NCBI GenBank assembly: GCA_041579395.1
Contig: JBFGFW010000001.1
Location: 1 to 43,448, forward strand
Origin: Sulfitobacter sp.
Lineage (GTDB): Bacteria > Pseudomonadota > Alphaproteobacteria > Rhodobacterales > Rhodobacteraceae
Direction: 5' to 3'
DNA length: 43,448 nt
This document shows, one piece after another, positions 9,915 through 19,236 of this stretch. The notes below the pieces were generated by a model that made no database searches, was not told the DNA's origin, and saw only the letters and a program-made list of their open reading frames with translations. The number at the start of each line of letters is the position of its first letter. Within the stretch, counting starts at the first letter, position 1. The position numbers and the translations under genes were made by a program.

Positions 9915-11756
9915 ATGTTCCGTTTTTTCGAAAATCTGGTCGACCCCTATGTCGATTACCCTGAACAAGACAGGCCCCCGACGCGGCTTTGGCCGTTTTT
10001 CCGGGATTACAGCCAGCCGTTTCGGAAGGTTTTCGTGGTGACCGGGGTCATGTCGGTGGTCGTGGCCTCGATCGAGATTGGCTTGATCTATTACATGGGG
10101 CGCCTGGTTGATTTGCTGACCGGATCACCGACGGACATATGGGAAAACCACGGCACCGAATTTATCCTTGTGGCGCTGTTCATCATGATCGTGCGGCCGC
10201 TGGTGCAGGGTCTGGATGTGATGTTGGTGAACAACGCGATTTTGCCGAATTACGGCACTTTGTTTCGATGGCGTGCGCATCGGCAGGTGTTGCGACAATC
10301 TGTAGGCTGGTTCGAAGATGATTTCGCCGGTCGCATTGCCAACCGGATCATGCAAACGCCCCCCGCCGCCGGCGAGGTCGTGTTTCAGGTGTTTGACGCG
10401 ATTTCGTATTCGCTTGCCTATCTGATCGGGGCCGCGATCTTGTTGACCACCTCGGATTGGCAACTGCTTGTCCCGTTGCTGTTGTGGTTCGCCCTATATC
10501 TGATGCTGACAACCTGGACGGTCAGACGGGTCGGCGTCGCGTCCAAGGCGTCTTCGGATGCGCGGTCGCTGGTGACGGGGCGGGTTGTTGACAGCTATAC
10601 CAACATCCACTCGGTCAAGATGTTCGCCCATCACGACAGCGAAGTAGAATACGCGAAATCGGCAATCGAGAAAGCGCGCCGGACATTCCAGAAAGAAATG
10701 CGCATTTTCACCACGATGGATGTGTGTCTGGTGGTTTTGAACGGTTTTCTGATTGTCAGCGTTGTCGGCTGGGCGTTCTTTTTGTGGTCTGCGGGTCATA
10801 CCACCGTGGGGGCCGTGACGGCGGCGACGGCGTTGACGCTGCGCCTTAATTCGATGACCGCGTGGATCATGTGGTCGCTGTCCACGTTCTTTCAACAACT
10901 TGGCGTCGTGGCTGAGGGGTTGGAAACCATCGCGCAGCCGATAACGCTGGTTGACGGGACGGATGCAAAGCCGCTGAAGCTGACCGATGGCCGGATTGAG
11001 GTGCAGGCGTTGACGCACCACTATGGGCGCGGGTCCGGTGGATTGAACCGCGTCAGCCTGACCGTAAAGCCCGGCGAAAAAGTGGGGCTGATCGGGCGGT
11101 CGGGGGCCGGTAAATCGACACTGGTTAAGCTGCTTTTGCGATTTTACGACCCCGAAGGCGGGCGTATTTTGATTGATGGTCAAGATATCACCGCCCTTCG
11201 GCAGGACAGTCTGCGCCAGAGCATCGGCATGGTGCAGCAAGACAGCGCACTTTTGCACCGATCAATCCGCGAGAACATTTTGTATGGGCGGCCCGATGCG
11301 ACAGAGGCAGAGGTGATTGCCGCCGCGCAACAGGCCCAAGCCCACGAGTTCATCACCGACCTGGCCGACCCGGATGGTCGATCCGGTTATGACGCGCAGG
11401 TCGGCGAGCGGGGCGTAAAGTTGTCGGGCGGACAGCGTCAACGGATTGCATTGGCCCGCGTCATTCTGAAAAACGCACCCATCCTTCTGTTGGACGAGGC
11501 GACAAGCGCGTTGGACAGTGAGGTGGAAGCGGCGATTCAAGAGACGCTTTATGGTATGATGGAAGGTAAAACCGTGATCGCCATCGCGCATCGCCTGTCC
11601 ACTATCGCCGCGATGGACCGGATCTTGGTGATGGATCAAGGCCAGATTGTCGAGGAGGGCACCCACGACATGCTTTTGGCGAAAGGCGGGCTATATGCTG
11701 ATTTCTGGAGCCGGCAATCTGGCGGGTTCCTGAAGACGGAAGATGACCAGACGTGA
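9915..11756 (+). CDS. ABC exporter, fused TMD-NBD (MsbA/MdlA-like)
   Basis: Hydrophobic N-terminal half, then GRSGAGKST, LSGGQ, LLLDEATS and AHRL. Confidence 0.93.
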   Translation: MFRFFENLVDPYVDYPEQDRPPTRLWPFFRDYSQPFRKVFVVTGVMSVVVASIEIGLIYYMGRLVDLLTGSPTDIWENHGTEFILVALFIMIVRPLVQGLDVMLVNNAILPNYGTLFRWRAHRQVLRQSVGWFEDDFAGRIANRIMQTPPAAGEVVFQVFDAISYSLAYLIGAAILLTTSDWQLLVPLLLWFALYLMLTTWTVRRVGVASKASSDARSLVTGRVVDSYTNIHSVKMFAHHDSEVEYAKSAIEKARRTFQKEMRIFTTMDVCLVVLNGFLIVSVVGWAFFLWSAGHTTVGAVTAATALTLRLNSMTAWIMWSLSTFFQQLGVVAEGLETIAQPITLVDGTDAKPLKLTDGRIEVQALTHHYGRGSGGLNRVSLTVKPGEKVGLIGRSGAGKSTLVKLLLRFYDPEGGRILIDGQDITALRQDSLRQSIGMVQQDSALLHRSIRENILYGRPDATEAEVIAAAQQAQAHEFITDLADPDGRSGYDAQVGERGVKLSGGQRQRIALARVILKNAPILLLDEATSALDSEVEAAIQETLYGMMEGKTVIAIAHRLSTIAAMDRILVMDQGQIVEEGTHDMLLAKGGLYADFWSRQSGGFLKTEDDQT

Positions 11757-13582
11757 GACTGTCCAATTTGATTGACCCCTTTGAACCGGCTGACGGTGAT
11801 CCACCGCAAACCTTGCTGCCGTTCTTCCGCTGGGCGCTGAAAGGGTGCGGCGTGGCCCTATGGATTGCTGCACTGTTGTCCATCGCCGCAGGCGTGGTCG
11901 AGGTGCTGGCGGCGCTGATTCTGGGTTGGGTCATCGACGCCGCCCTTGCAACGGATGCCGCGTCGGTATTCTCGGATCAGTCAAGTGTATTGTTGGGATC
12001 GCTGGCGTTTTTCATGATCCTGCGTCCGTTGGTCTTTGGCGGCAGTTCCTATATGCAATCGATGGTGGTCGGGCCCAACGTTTTCAACATCGCCCTGTCG
12101 CGGTTGCACCGGTACACCCTTGGGCAGGCAGTGACATTTTTTGACAACGATTTCGCGGGTCGGATTTCACAAAAGGAAATGCAGACCAGCCGCGCGCTGA
12201 CCGATGTCGTGGTCGAAATGATTCATACGGTTTTGTTCGCAGTTGCGTCTTTTGTCGGGGCGGTGCTGCTGCTGGGTACGGTGGATTGGCGAATTGCCCT
12301 TGGTCTGGTCCTGTGGATGGTCGGCTATGTTTTCCTGATCCGCCACTACATGCCGCGCGTGCGCAAGTTTTCGCAGGCGCGGGCAGGGGCGCGGGCGATG
12401 GTGACCGGGCAGGTCGTCGATACGATCACCAATATCAAGACTGTCAAACTGTTTGCCCATGCTGATTTCGAAGACCGCGCGGCCTTGGGCGCGATGCACA
12501 AGTTTCTGGACACCAGTCTTGATTTTGGCCGGGTTAGTGTCTCATTCCGGTTCTGGCTGATGACGATTGCGGGGCTGTTGCCGGTGCTGCTGGTCGGTGG
12601 CGCGCTTTGGTACTGGTCGCTGGGGTTGGTCACCGCAGGTGATATCGCCGCGACGGGTGCTGTCTCCTTGCGGTTGGCGCAGATGACCGGTTGGGTCAGT
12701 TTCACGCTGATGGGGCTTTATGCGAATATGGGCGAGGTCGAGGACGGCATGCGCACATTGACGCCGCGCCAGCAATTGCGTGATGTGCCGGGCGCGCAGG
12801 ATCTGGTGGTGCGCGACGGGGCGATCACGCTGGACGATGTGCAATTTACCTATGGTCGGGGTGAAGGGGGGGTCGAGCATCTGGCACTTACGATCAAGCC
12901 AGGCGAAAAATTGGGCATAGTCGGTGCGTCAGGGGCCGGGAAATCCAGTCTCGTTTCGCTGCTATTGCGGCTCTATTCCTTAGAAAAGGGCCGAATTCTG
13001 ATCGATGGCCAAGATATTGCGGCGGTTACTCAGGAAAGTCTGCGCCGACAGATCGGAATGGTGACGCAGGAAACCGCAATGTTCAACCGGTCGGCCTTTG
13101 ACAATATCCGATATGGTAAACCTGATGCGACCGAAGAGGAAATCGTCGCCGCAGCGCTGAAGGCCGAGGCGCATGAGTTCATCGAAAACATGCAAGATCA
13201 CAAGGGTCGCAAGGGTTATGCCGCGCATCTGGGTGAACGCGGGGTCAAATTATCCGGTGGGCAACGCCAACGCATCGCCTTGGCCCGCGCCATTCTGAAA
13301 GACGCGCCGATCCTGATTCTCGACGAGGCCACAAGTGCACTGGACAGCGAGGTCGAGGCGTCGATCCAGCATGCGCTGACGCGAGTGATGCAAGGCAAGA
13401 CCGTGCTGGCCATCGCACACCGGCTGTCCACGCTGACCGAGATGGACAGGATCGCCGTGATGGATGCCGGCCGGATCGTTGAAATCGGAACGCATGAGGC
13501 CCTGCTTGCCAAGAACGGCCTTTACGCGCGGTATTGGCAGCGCCAATCGGGCGGGTTCCTGAACATCAAGGCCGCAGAATAG
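11753..13582 (+). CDS. ABC exporter, fused TMD-NBD, paralogue of the upstream gene
   Basis: GASGAGKSS, LSGGQ, LILDEATS and AHRL. GTGA start/stop overlap. Confidence 0.93.
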   Translation: MRLSNLIDPFEPADGDPPQTLLPFFRWALKGCGVALWIAALLSIAAGVVEVLAALILGWVIDAALATDAASVFSDQSSVLLGSLAFFMILRPLVFGGSSYMQSMVVGPNVFNIALSRLHRYTLGQAVTFFDNDFAGRISQKEMQTSRALTDVVVEMIHTVLFAVASFVGAVLLLGTVDWRIALGLVLWMVGYVFLIRHYMPRVRKFSQARAGARAMVTGQVVDTITNIKTVKLFAHADFEDRAALGAMHKFLDTSLDFGRVSVSFRFWLMTIAGLLPVLLVGGALWYWSLGLVTAGDIAATGAVSLRLAQMTGWVSFTLMGLYANMGEVEDGMRTLTPRQQLRDVPGAQDLVVRDGAITLDDVQFTYGRGEGGVEHLALTIKPGEKLGIVGASGAGKSSLVSLLLRLYSLEKGRILIDGQDIAAVTQESLRRQIGMVTQETAMFNRSAFDNIRYGKPDATEEEIVAAALKAEAHEFIENMQDHKGRKGYAAHLGERGVKLSGGQRQRIALARAILKDAPILILDEATSALDSEVEASIQHALTRVMQGKTVLAIAHRLSTLTEMDRIAVMDAGRIVEIGTHEALLAKNGLYARYWQRQSGGFLNIKAAE

Positions 13583-13621
13583 GGGCTTTTGCTGCGCGTC
13601 CCTTCAGGCTATGCGCGGTGC

Positions 13622-14878
13622 ATGACAGAATATGTAATCCAACGACTTGGCCATCTGGGCGACGGCATTGCCGATGGCCCGCTTTTCGTGCCGATGACCC
13701 TGCCGGGCGAGGTGGTGAGTGGCACGCCGCAGGGCCAGACCCTGACGGATGTGCGGATTGTGACCCCGTCGGAAAACCGGGTGGCCGCTCCGTGCCGCCA
13801 TTTCAAAGCGTGCGGCGGATGCCAGCTTCAGCATGCATCGGACGACTTTGTTGCTGAATTCAAGCTGGGTATCGTCAAAGCAGCGCTGGATGCCCACGGG
13901 ATAGAGACTGTCTTCAAGCCGATCCAGACATCGCCCGCGCAATCGCGGCGGCGCGCGACATTTGCTGCGAAGCGCACCAAAAAAGGCGCGATGGCCGGCT
14001 TTCATGGGCGCGGGTCAGACGTTGTGATCGAGATTCCGGGGTGTCAGTTGCTAGATCCGGCGGTGATGGCGGCCTTGCCAATCGCAGAAAAGCTGGCGGT
14101 TATTGGCACCAGCCGCAAGGCATCGCTGGCGGTCACTGTGACCACGTCGCGTGCCGGGCTTGATATTTCGGTGCAAAACGGCAAGTCGCTTGATGGCCCG
14201 TTGCGACAAGAACTGGCGCATTTGTGCGACAGTCTTGGACTTGCCCGCCTGACATGGGAGGGCGAGGTAATCGCGATGCGCACGCCCCCGGTCCAGCGTT
14301 TCGGTGTGGCAAAGGTTACGCCGCCGCCCGGTGCATTCCTGCAAGCCACCCCACATGGCGAAGCGTCCCTGGTCAGCGCCATTCGCGAGGCCGTGGGCAA
14401 CGCGCGCCATGTGATCGACTTGTTTGCCGGGTGTGGCACATTTAGCCTGCCTTTGGCCGAAACCGCCGAGGTGCATGCCGTTGAAGGCGACGCTGCGATG
14501 ACTAAGGCGTTGGATCAGGGGTGGCGCATGGCGACAGGGCTAAAACCCGTCACGGTCGAGGCGCGCGATCTGTATCGCCGTCCGTTGCTGCCCGACGAAA
14601 TGGCCAAAGTGGATGCCGTCGTGCTGGACCCGCCGCGCGCAGGGGCCGAAGCGCAAATAGGTGAAATCACCAAAGCAAAGCCGCCGATTGTCGCGTACGT
14701 TTCGTGTAACCCTGTCACCTTTGCGCGCGACGCCGCGGTATTGATTGCGGCGGGATACCGGTTGAATTGGGTCCAGGTCGTGGATCAGTTCCGCTGGTCA
14801 TCGCATGTCGAATTGGCGGCGCAATTCACCATATCCGAAAAATCTGCACCCAAACCTCTGACGCTGGGTGGCAGATAA
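13622..14878 (+). CDS. RNA m5U methyltransferase, RlmD/RumA (TrmA family)
   Basis: Fe-S motif CRHFKACGGC, FLQ, DLFAGCG, DPPRAG and YVSCNP. Confidence 0.88.
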   Translation: MTEYVIQRLGHLGDGIADGPLFVPMTLPGEVVSGTPQGQTLTDVRIVTPSENRVAAPCRHFKACGGCQLQHASDDFVAEFKLGIVKAALDAHGIETVFKPIQTSPAQSRRRATFAAKRTKKGAMAGFHGRGSDVVIEIPGCQLLDPAVMAALPIAEKLAVIGTSRKASLAVTVTTSRAGLDISVQNGKSLDGPLRQELAHLCDSLGLARLTWEGEVIAMRTPPVQRFGVAKVTPPPGAFLQATPHGEASLVSAIREAVGNARHVIDLFAGCGTFSLPLAETAEVHAVEGDAAMTKALDQGWRMATGLKPVTVEARDLYRRPLLPDEMAKVDAVVLDPPRAGAEAQIGEITKAKPPIVAYVSCNPVTFARDAAVLIAAGYRLNWVQVVDQFRWSSHVELAAQFTISEKSAPKPLTLGGR

Positions 14879-14923
14879 GCCATTGGGAAACAGACTGCGA
14901 AAATTCATTGGGGTAACGGGTTT

Positions 14924-14952
14924 TTGACTGACCAAATTTTTTACGACATGCT
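14924..14952 (+). promoter_or_regulatory. Putative sigma70 promoter of the YkuD-family gene
   Basis: TTGACT-N17-CATGCT. Confidence 0.45.
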
Positions 14953-15004
14953 ACGGAAGGCGAATAAGGGCCGGAAAGGCCATGTTGAAACGAGGCACAG
15001 TTAG

Positions 15005-15505
15005 ATGAAACGCAGGAACCTGATTTTGGGTGGTACCGCCCTAGTGGCGCTGGGCGCATGCGGTGGTGATAGCAAGTTCAAGAGGTACAGCGGTCCACAG
15101 GTCACTTATGTGGTGGTGAACAAGGGCGACCGCCGGATGTATCTGATGCACCAGGACAAGGTGCTTGAAGCCTACGATATTAAGCTGGGGTTCGCCCCCT
15201 TGGGTCACAAGATCTATGAAGGTGACGGGCGCACGCCGGAAGGTGTGTACTGGATTGACCGACGCAATCCCAACAGCAAATTCCACCTGTCACTGGGGAT
15301 CTCTTATCCGAACCAGGAAGATCTGGCGCGTGCGGTCGAGCTGGGCAAGAAGCCAGGCGGCGATATCTTTATCCATGGCCAGAAAACGCCCAAGCACAAG
15401 AACAGCAAGGACTGGACGTGGGGATGTATCTCGGTGACGAACGAAGACATGGAGGATGTCTATGCGATGGTTGGCGATGGCACCCCGATCGCCCTCAATC
15501 CCTAG
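15005..15505 (+). CDS. YkuD-family lipoprotein, LdtF/DpaA(YafK)-like
   Basis: KRRNLI and lipobox LGAC. Motifs EGDGRTPEG, NPNS..HLS..ISYPN, and IFIHG...GC catalytic His/Cys. Confidence 0.85.
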   Translation: MKRRNLILGGTALVALGACGGDSKFKRYSGPQVTYVVVNKGDRRMYLMHQDKVLEAYDIKLGFAPLGHKIYEGDGRTPEGVYWIDRRNPNSKFHLSLGISYPNQEDLARAVELGKKPGGDIFIHGQKTPKHKNSKDWTWGCISVTNEDMEDVYAMVGDGTPIALNP

Positions 15506-15543
15506 TTCGCTCTTGATGGAGTGGGGTCACGTGACCTGAGCGG

Positions 15544-16053
15544 TCACTTGCCAAACACCATCGTCCACCAGATCTTGCCGTTGTTTTCCTGATACCACGA
15601 AAAGCCCATGTTGCGGGCGTCGGATGCCATGATGATTCGGCGCGTGTCCGGTTGATCCATCCATGCGCCCAGCGTTTCGAGTTCCGTCTCGTAGGTTTCT
15701 GAAATGACTTCGCCCACCAGTTCGCCCGCATAGCCAACCCGCTGGATACGGTCCACAGGCGATGACCCGTCAGACCCAAAGTGCCATGGGCGGTTCTGCA
15801 CCGACATGTCGCGGGCGTGAGTGGCTGCAGCAGCGTTCAACTTGGAGTCAAGTTGCACCTGAGGCAATCCGGAGGCACCCCGCAGCGCATTGACCGAATC
15901 AAGCATGCGGAATTGAAGCTTGCCAGCGTCACCGCGTGCGATGCGGTACACTTTGGGCAAGACGCGCCCATCGGTGCCGATGGTCGACGTGGCAGGCGCA
16001 CAGGCGGCCAACGCGACCGATAAAGCAATCAGGACAGAAAAAACACGGATCAT
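15544..16053 (-). CDS. CAP/SCP-domain lipoprotein
   Basis: Lipobox LAAC, with VNALR, HARDM, HFGSDGS, GE and W..VFG CAP motifs. Confidence 0.88.
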   Translation of the reverse strand: MIRVFSVLIALSVALAACAPATSTIGTDGRVLPKVYRIARGDAGKLQFRMLDSVNALRGASGLPQVQLDSKLNAAAATHARDMSVQNRPWHFGSDGSSPVDRIQRVGYAGELVGEVISETYETELETLGAWMDQPDTRRIIMASDARNMGFSWYQENNGKIWWTMVFGK

Positions 16054-16153
16054 AGGGCAGCCTCACAGGTTTAGGTTTGCGCAGCCTTACCCCGTGCGGC
16101 GTTGCAGATCAAACGCACATCGGCGTGACTGCGCCTGTTGACGTTGGTTTGAT

Positions 16154-16182
16154 TTGATACTGCGACTTTCGGGCCATATATA
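16154..16182 (+). promoter_or_regulatory. Putative sigma70 promoter of the L,D-transpeptidase
   Basis: TTGATA-N17-TATATA. Confidence 0.55.
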
Positions 16183-16223
16183 CGCATAGATCAAGACTTT
16201 ACCTATTTTCAGGAGACACACGC

Positions 16224-16829
16224 ATGTCTGACAAGAAATTTAACCAGTCTTCCCGTCGGGCCTTTCTTGCCGGCGGTGCGGCTTTGTTAGCTTCGCCTGC
16301 GCTTGCGCAAAGCAGCGTCAACAGCGCCGCCACCACTGAGACAGAGCGGGACGTGACCGAAACCGTGCGCCGCAACATCTCGAGCTTCCGCACGCTGGAT
16401 TGGCAGCCTTATTTCACCAACACCCGAAATGGCGCGATCCTTGTCGATATCGATAGCCGCGCGGTGCATTACTGGTCCGAAGATCAGTCTATCTATAAGC
16501 TGTACCCTTCCAGTGTTCCGCTGACCGATGAATTGACCCGCCGCGGTCGTACCAGCGTTGTGCAGAAGGTTGTTGGCCCGACGTGGCGGCCGACCCCGTC
16601 AATGCTTGAGCGGAACCCGGAATGGCCAGCCGTTATCGAAGCGGGCCCCGACAACCCCTTGGGCACGCATGCGCTGTACCTCAGCTGGACGTATTACCGG
16701 ATCCACGGCACGCACGATACGCGCAAGATTGGCCGCCGTTCGTCGAATGGCTGCATCGGTCTGTACAACGAACATATCGCTGAACTTTTCAGTATGGCCA
16801 ACGTCGGTACCCAAGTGTTGCTTATTTGA
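16224..16829 (+). CDS. L,D-transpeptidase (ErfK/YbiS/YcfS/YnhG family), Tat-exported
   Basis: SRRAFL Tat motif, PTWRPT, GPDNPLG.HAL and YRIHGT...SSNGCI. Confidence 0.92.
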   Translation: MSDKKFNQSSRRAFLAGGAALLASPALAQSSVNSAATTETERDVTETVRRNISSFRTLDWQPYFTNTRNGAILVDIDSRAVHYWSEDQSIYKLYPSSVPLTDELTRRGRTSVVQKVVGPTWRPTPSMLERNPEWPAVIEAGPDNPLGTHALYLSWTYYRIHGTHDTRKIGRRSSNGCIGLYNEHIAELFSMANVGTQVLLI

Positions 16830-16969
16830 CGACATTTTGTCGTTTGTGATGCTGGAACGCTGAATCCGGGTTTGCAATCCCGCGCCGATGTTGTTTAGAA
16901 AGTTTCACGAGGTAAGTCTTGGGCGCGTGCTATCATTTAGTGAGGCACGCCTTTTCTGGAGGTTATGAT

Positions 16970-17152
16970 ATGAAGAAACTAGTTCTCGCCGCTGCACTGA
17001 CAGCTGCCGCATCGAATGCATTTGCTGGCTCGCTGGCAGATCCAATCATCGAAGCACCTGTAATCGTTGAAGAGTCCACGAGCTCTTCCTCAGGTATTCT
17101 GATTCCGTTGCTGCTGCTGGTTATCGTTGCTGCTGCTGTTGCTGCTGACTAA
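16970..17152 (+). CDS. 60-aa exported mini-protein with C-terminal TM helix
   Basis: Strong GGAGG RBS. Signal peptide MKKLVLAAALTAAASNAFA, acidic/Pro/Ser linker, then hydrophobic ILIPLLLLVIVAAAVAA. Confidence 0.85.
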   Translation: MKKLVLAAALTAAASNAFAGSLADPIIEAPVIVEESTSSSSGILIPLLLLVIVAAAVAAD

Positions 17153-17173
17153 TCTAGTCGCAGTATTCCAAAG

Positions 17174-17202
17174 AAAAGGCGGTGTTTTGCACCGCCTTTT
17201 TT
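17174..17202. terminator. Intrinsic terminator 1
   Basis: AAAAGGCGGTG-ttttg-CACCGCCTTTT plus T tail. Confidence 0.85.
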
Positions 17203-17237
17203 GTGTCTTTTGTTCAGATAAATTGGCACCGATTAAG

Positions 17238-17270
17238 AAAAAGGCACCTGTTTTGCAGGTGCCTTTTTTT
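17238..17270. terminator. Intrinsic terminator 2
   Basis: AAAAAGGCACCTG-ttttg-CAGGTGCCTTTTT plus T tail. Confidence 0.85.
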
Positions 17271-17300
17271 GGTTATTATGGGTGTCCAGCTGAATGCGGC

Positions 17301-18347
17301 CTAGTCGATCCAACCTTGCAGGTTTTCCTCTATAATTGTGGACAGTGCTTTGATGTGGGCAGGTTCGTCATTCAAGCACGGGATATAGTGAAACACTTCG
17401 CCGCCTGCGTGTTCAAAGCTTTCCTTGATCTCTTCGTTGATCTCTTCCAGCGTTTCGATGCAGTCGGCTGAAAAGGCCGGGGCGCAGACGGCGATCTTTT
17501 TGTTGCCCGCCTTGGCCTGTCGCGCGACTTCTTCCACGGTATAGGGTTGCAGCCATTCCTCGGGACCGAATTTCGACTGGAAGGTCGTCATGATCTGGGT
17601 GTCATTCCAGCCCAGCCGTTCCTTCAACAAGCGCGTCGTTTTCTGGCACTGGCAATGATAGGGATCACCTTCCATCAGGTACCGCTTTGGCACACCGTGA
17701 TAGGAACACAGCAGGATGTCCGGCTTCGTTTCCATCAAGGCATAGGACCGCTCGATCGATGTAGCCAATGCATCAATATAGTCTGGCCGGTCAAAATAGG
17801 GCTGGACGGTGCGCGCCGACGGTTGCCACTTCTCCTTGCCCAAAGCCGCGAAAAACGCGTCATTGGCGGTGGCGGATGTAGCACCGGCATAATGCGGATA
17901 CAGCGGGAAGAACAAGATCTTCTGACACCCCGCGGCGGTCATCGCCGCAACCTTGGATTTGGTCGATGGGTTGCCATAGCGCATGCAGAAATCGACCATG
18001 ACTGCGTCACCATAGCGCGCCTGCATCGTCTCTTTGATCTTGGCGGTCTGGGCTTTGGTGATGGTCATCAGCGGGCTTTCGCCTGCCTCTTCGTTCCAGA
18101 TCGATTTATATGCGGCACCGCTGGTGAAGGGCCTTTTGGTCAGAATGATCAGTTGCAACAGCGGTTGCCACAGCCATGGGCTGTAATCGATGACGCGTCG
18201 GTCTGACAGGAATTCGCCCAGATAACGGCGCATCGACCAATAGTCGTAGTTGTCCGGTGTGCCGAGGTTTGCCAACAGAATGCCCACTTTGGGGGTCGGG
18301 ATTTTCGGATGGTCCGGCTGTGTATGGGCGGGGCGCATCGACGTCAT
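17301..18347 (-). CDS. hemH: Ferrochelatase
   Basis: LANLGTP, MRYGNP, PLYPHY, SYHGVP, FQSKFG..EWLQP and FSADCIETLEE. Confidence 0.97.
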   Translation of the reverse strand: MTSMRPAHTQPDHPKIPTPKVGILLANLGTPDNYDYWSMRRYLGEFLSDRRVIDYSPWLWQPLLQLIILTKRPFTSGAAYKSIWNEEAGESPLMTITKAQTAKIKETMQARYGDAVMVDFCMRYGNPSTKSKVAAMTAAGCQKILFFPLYPHYAGATSATANDAFFAALGKEKWQPSARTVQPYFDRPDYIDALATSIERSYALMETKPDILLCSYHGVPKRYLMEGDPYHCQCQKTTRLLKERLGWNDTQIMTTFQSKFGPEEWLQPYTVEEVARQAKAGNKKIAVCAPAFSADCIETLEEINEEIKESFEHAGGEVFHYIPCLNDEPAHIKALSTIIEENLQGWID

Positions 18348-18401
18348 CTGGCATTCCTTTTCAACGGGTTCCGCGTTGAGATAAACGGTTTGCCTCTCGC
18401 G

Positions 18402-19220
18402 TCAATCGTTCAGGGGCGTTTCGTCGGTGGACAGCGCATCGGCAAGCCGTTGGCGCGCAGACCCCGGACGCAGGGGTTTTGGTTGGCTGTCTGCGGGGGC
18501 CCATCCAGCCAGAAAGATCAATTCGAAGGTGGCAGTGATCCGACCGGTGTCTGTACCGTAATGTGCGTGGTACAGATCGGCAGCGGCATCGAAGACGGCA
18601 CGGCGGGTCGGTTTGCGCAGGCGGGACATCATCGCGTTGGTTTCCCCCATGGCGCGCAGATCGCGCATCAAGTGCCAGACATCGCGGTATTCGGTCTTCA
18701 GCGTCACCGAATCCGCAACGGGCAGGGCAAGCCCGGCGCGTTGCAACAGCCCGCCGATGTCGCGTAGTTCGGCCATAGGGGCAATGCGTGGCGACAGGCC
18801 GCCGGTGACGGCCACTTCGGCCTGGGCAAGACAGGCGCGCAGTTCGTGCAGCGTTTGCCCGCCAAAGCTGACCGACAGGAACAACCCATCTTTTTCAAGC
18901 GCGCGGCGACACTGGATGATCTGCCCGACCAGATCATTCGCCCAATGCAAGGAAAGCCCGTGGATCACCAGATCGTGCGCGCGTTCATCAAGCTGCAGTG
19001 TATCGGTGTCTGCGGCCGTAACTGCACCAGGCCGCAGTGTGCCCCAAATTCCCGGAAAACCCGTCACGATGGCCGGCTTGGTAAACGTCCTGTTAACCAA
19101 TGCAAGACGATCATCAATTTCATCCAGCGCCGCGCGGTGCAGAAACAGCCCATCGTTGCTGGCACGCGTGCGATTACGGGTCAGGGCGGACGGGTCAGTC
19201 AGGATGTTTTGTGCGGTCAT
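18402..19220 (-). CDS. SAM-dependent methyltransferase-like protein (BioC/NDUFAF5-like)
   Basis: LSLHWANDL, GGQTL.ELR, LLQRAGLALPVAD, DLRAMGE and PLRPGSA. Divergent from comF. Confidence 0.82.
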   Translation of the reverse strand: MTAQNILTDPSALTRNRTRASNDGLFLHRAALDEIDDRLALVNRTFTKPAIVTGFPGIWGTLRPGAVTAADTDTLQLDERAHDLVIHGLSLHWANDLVGQIIQCRRALEKDGLFLSVSFGGQTLHELRACLAQAEVAVTGGLSPRIAPMAELRDIGGLLQRAGLALPVADSVTLKTEYRDVWHLMRDLRAMGETNAMMSRLRKPTRRAVFDAAADLYHAHYGTDTGRITATFELIFLAGWAPADSQPKPLRPGSARQRLADALSTDETPLND

Positions 19221-19236
19221 AGGGGGACAATAGGCG

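Noticed and set aside
17174-17270. Repeated hairpins as a mini-CRISPR or IS ends
   Set aside because: There are only two non-identical units, no cas or transposase genes, and both have terminator architecture.
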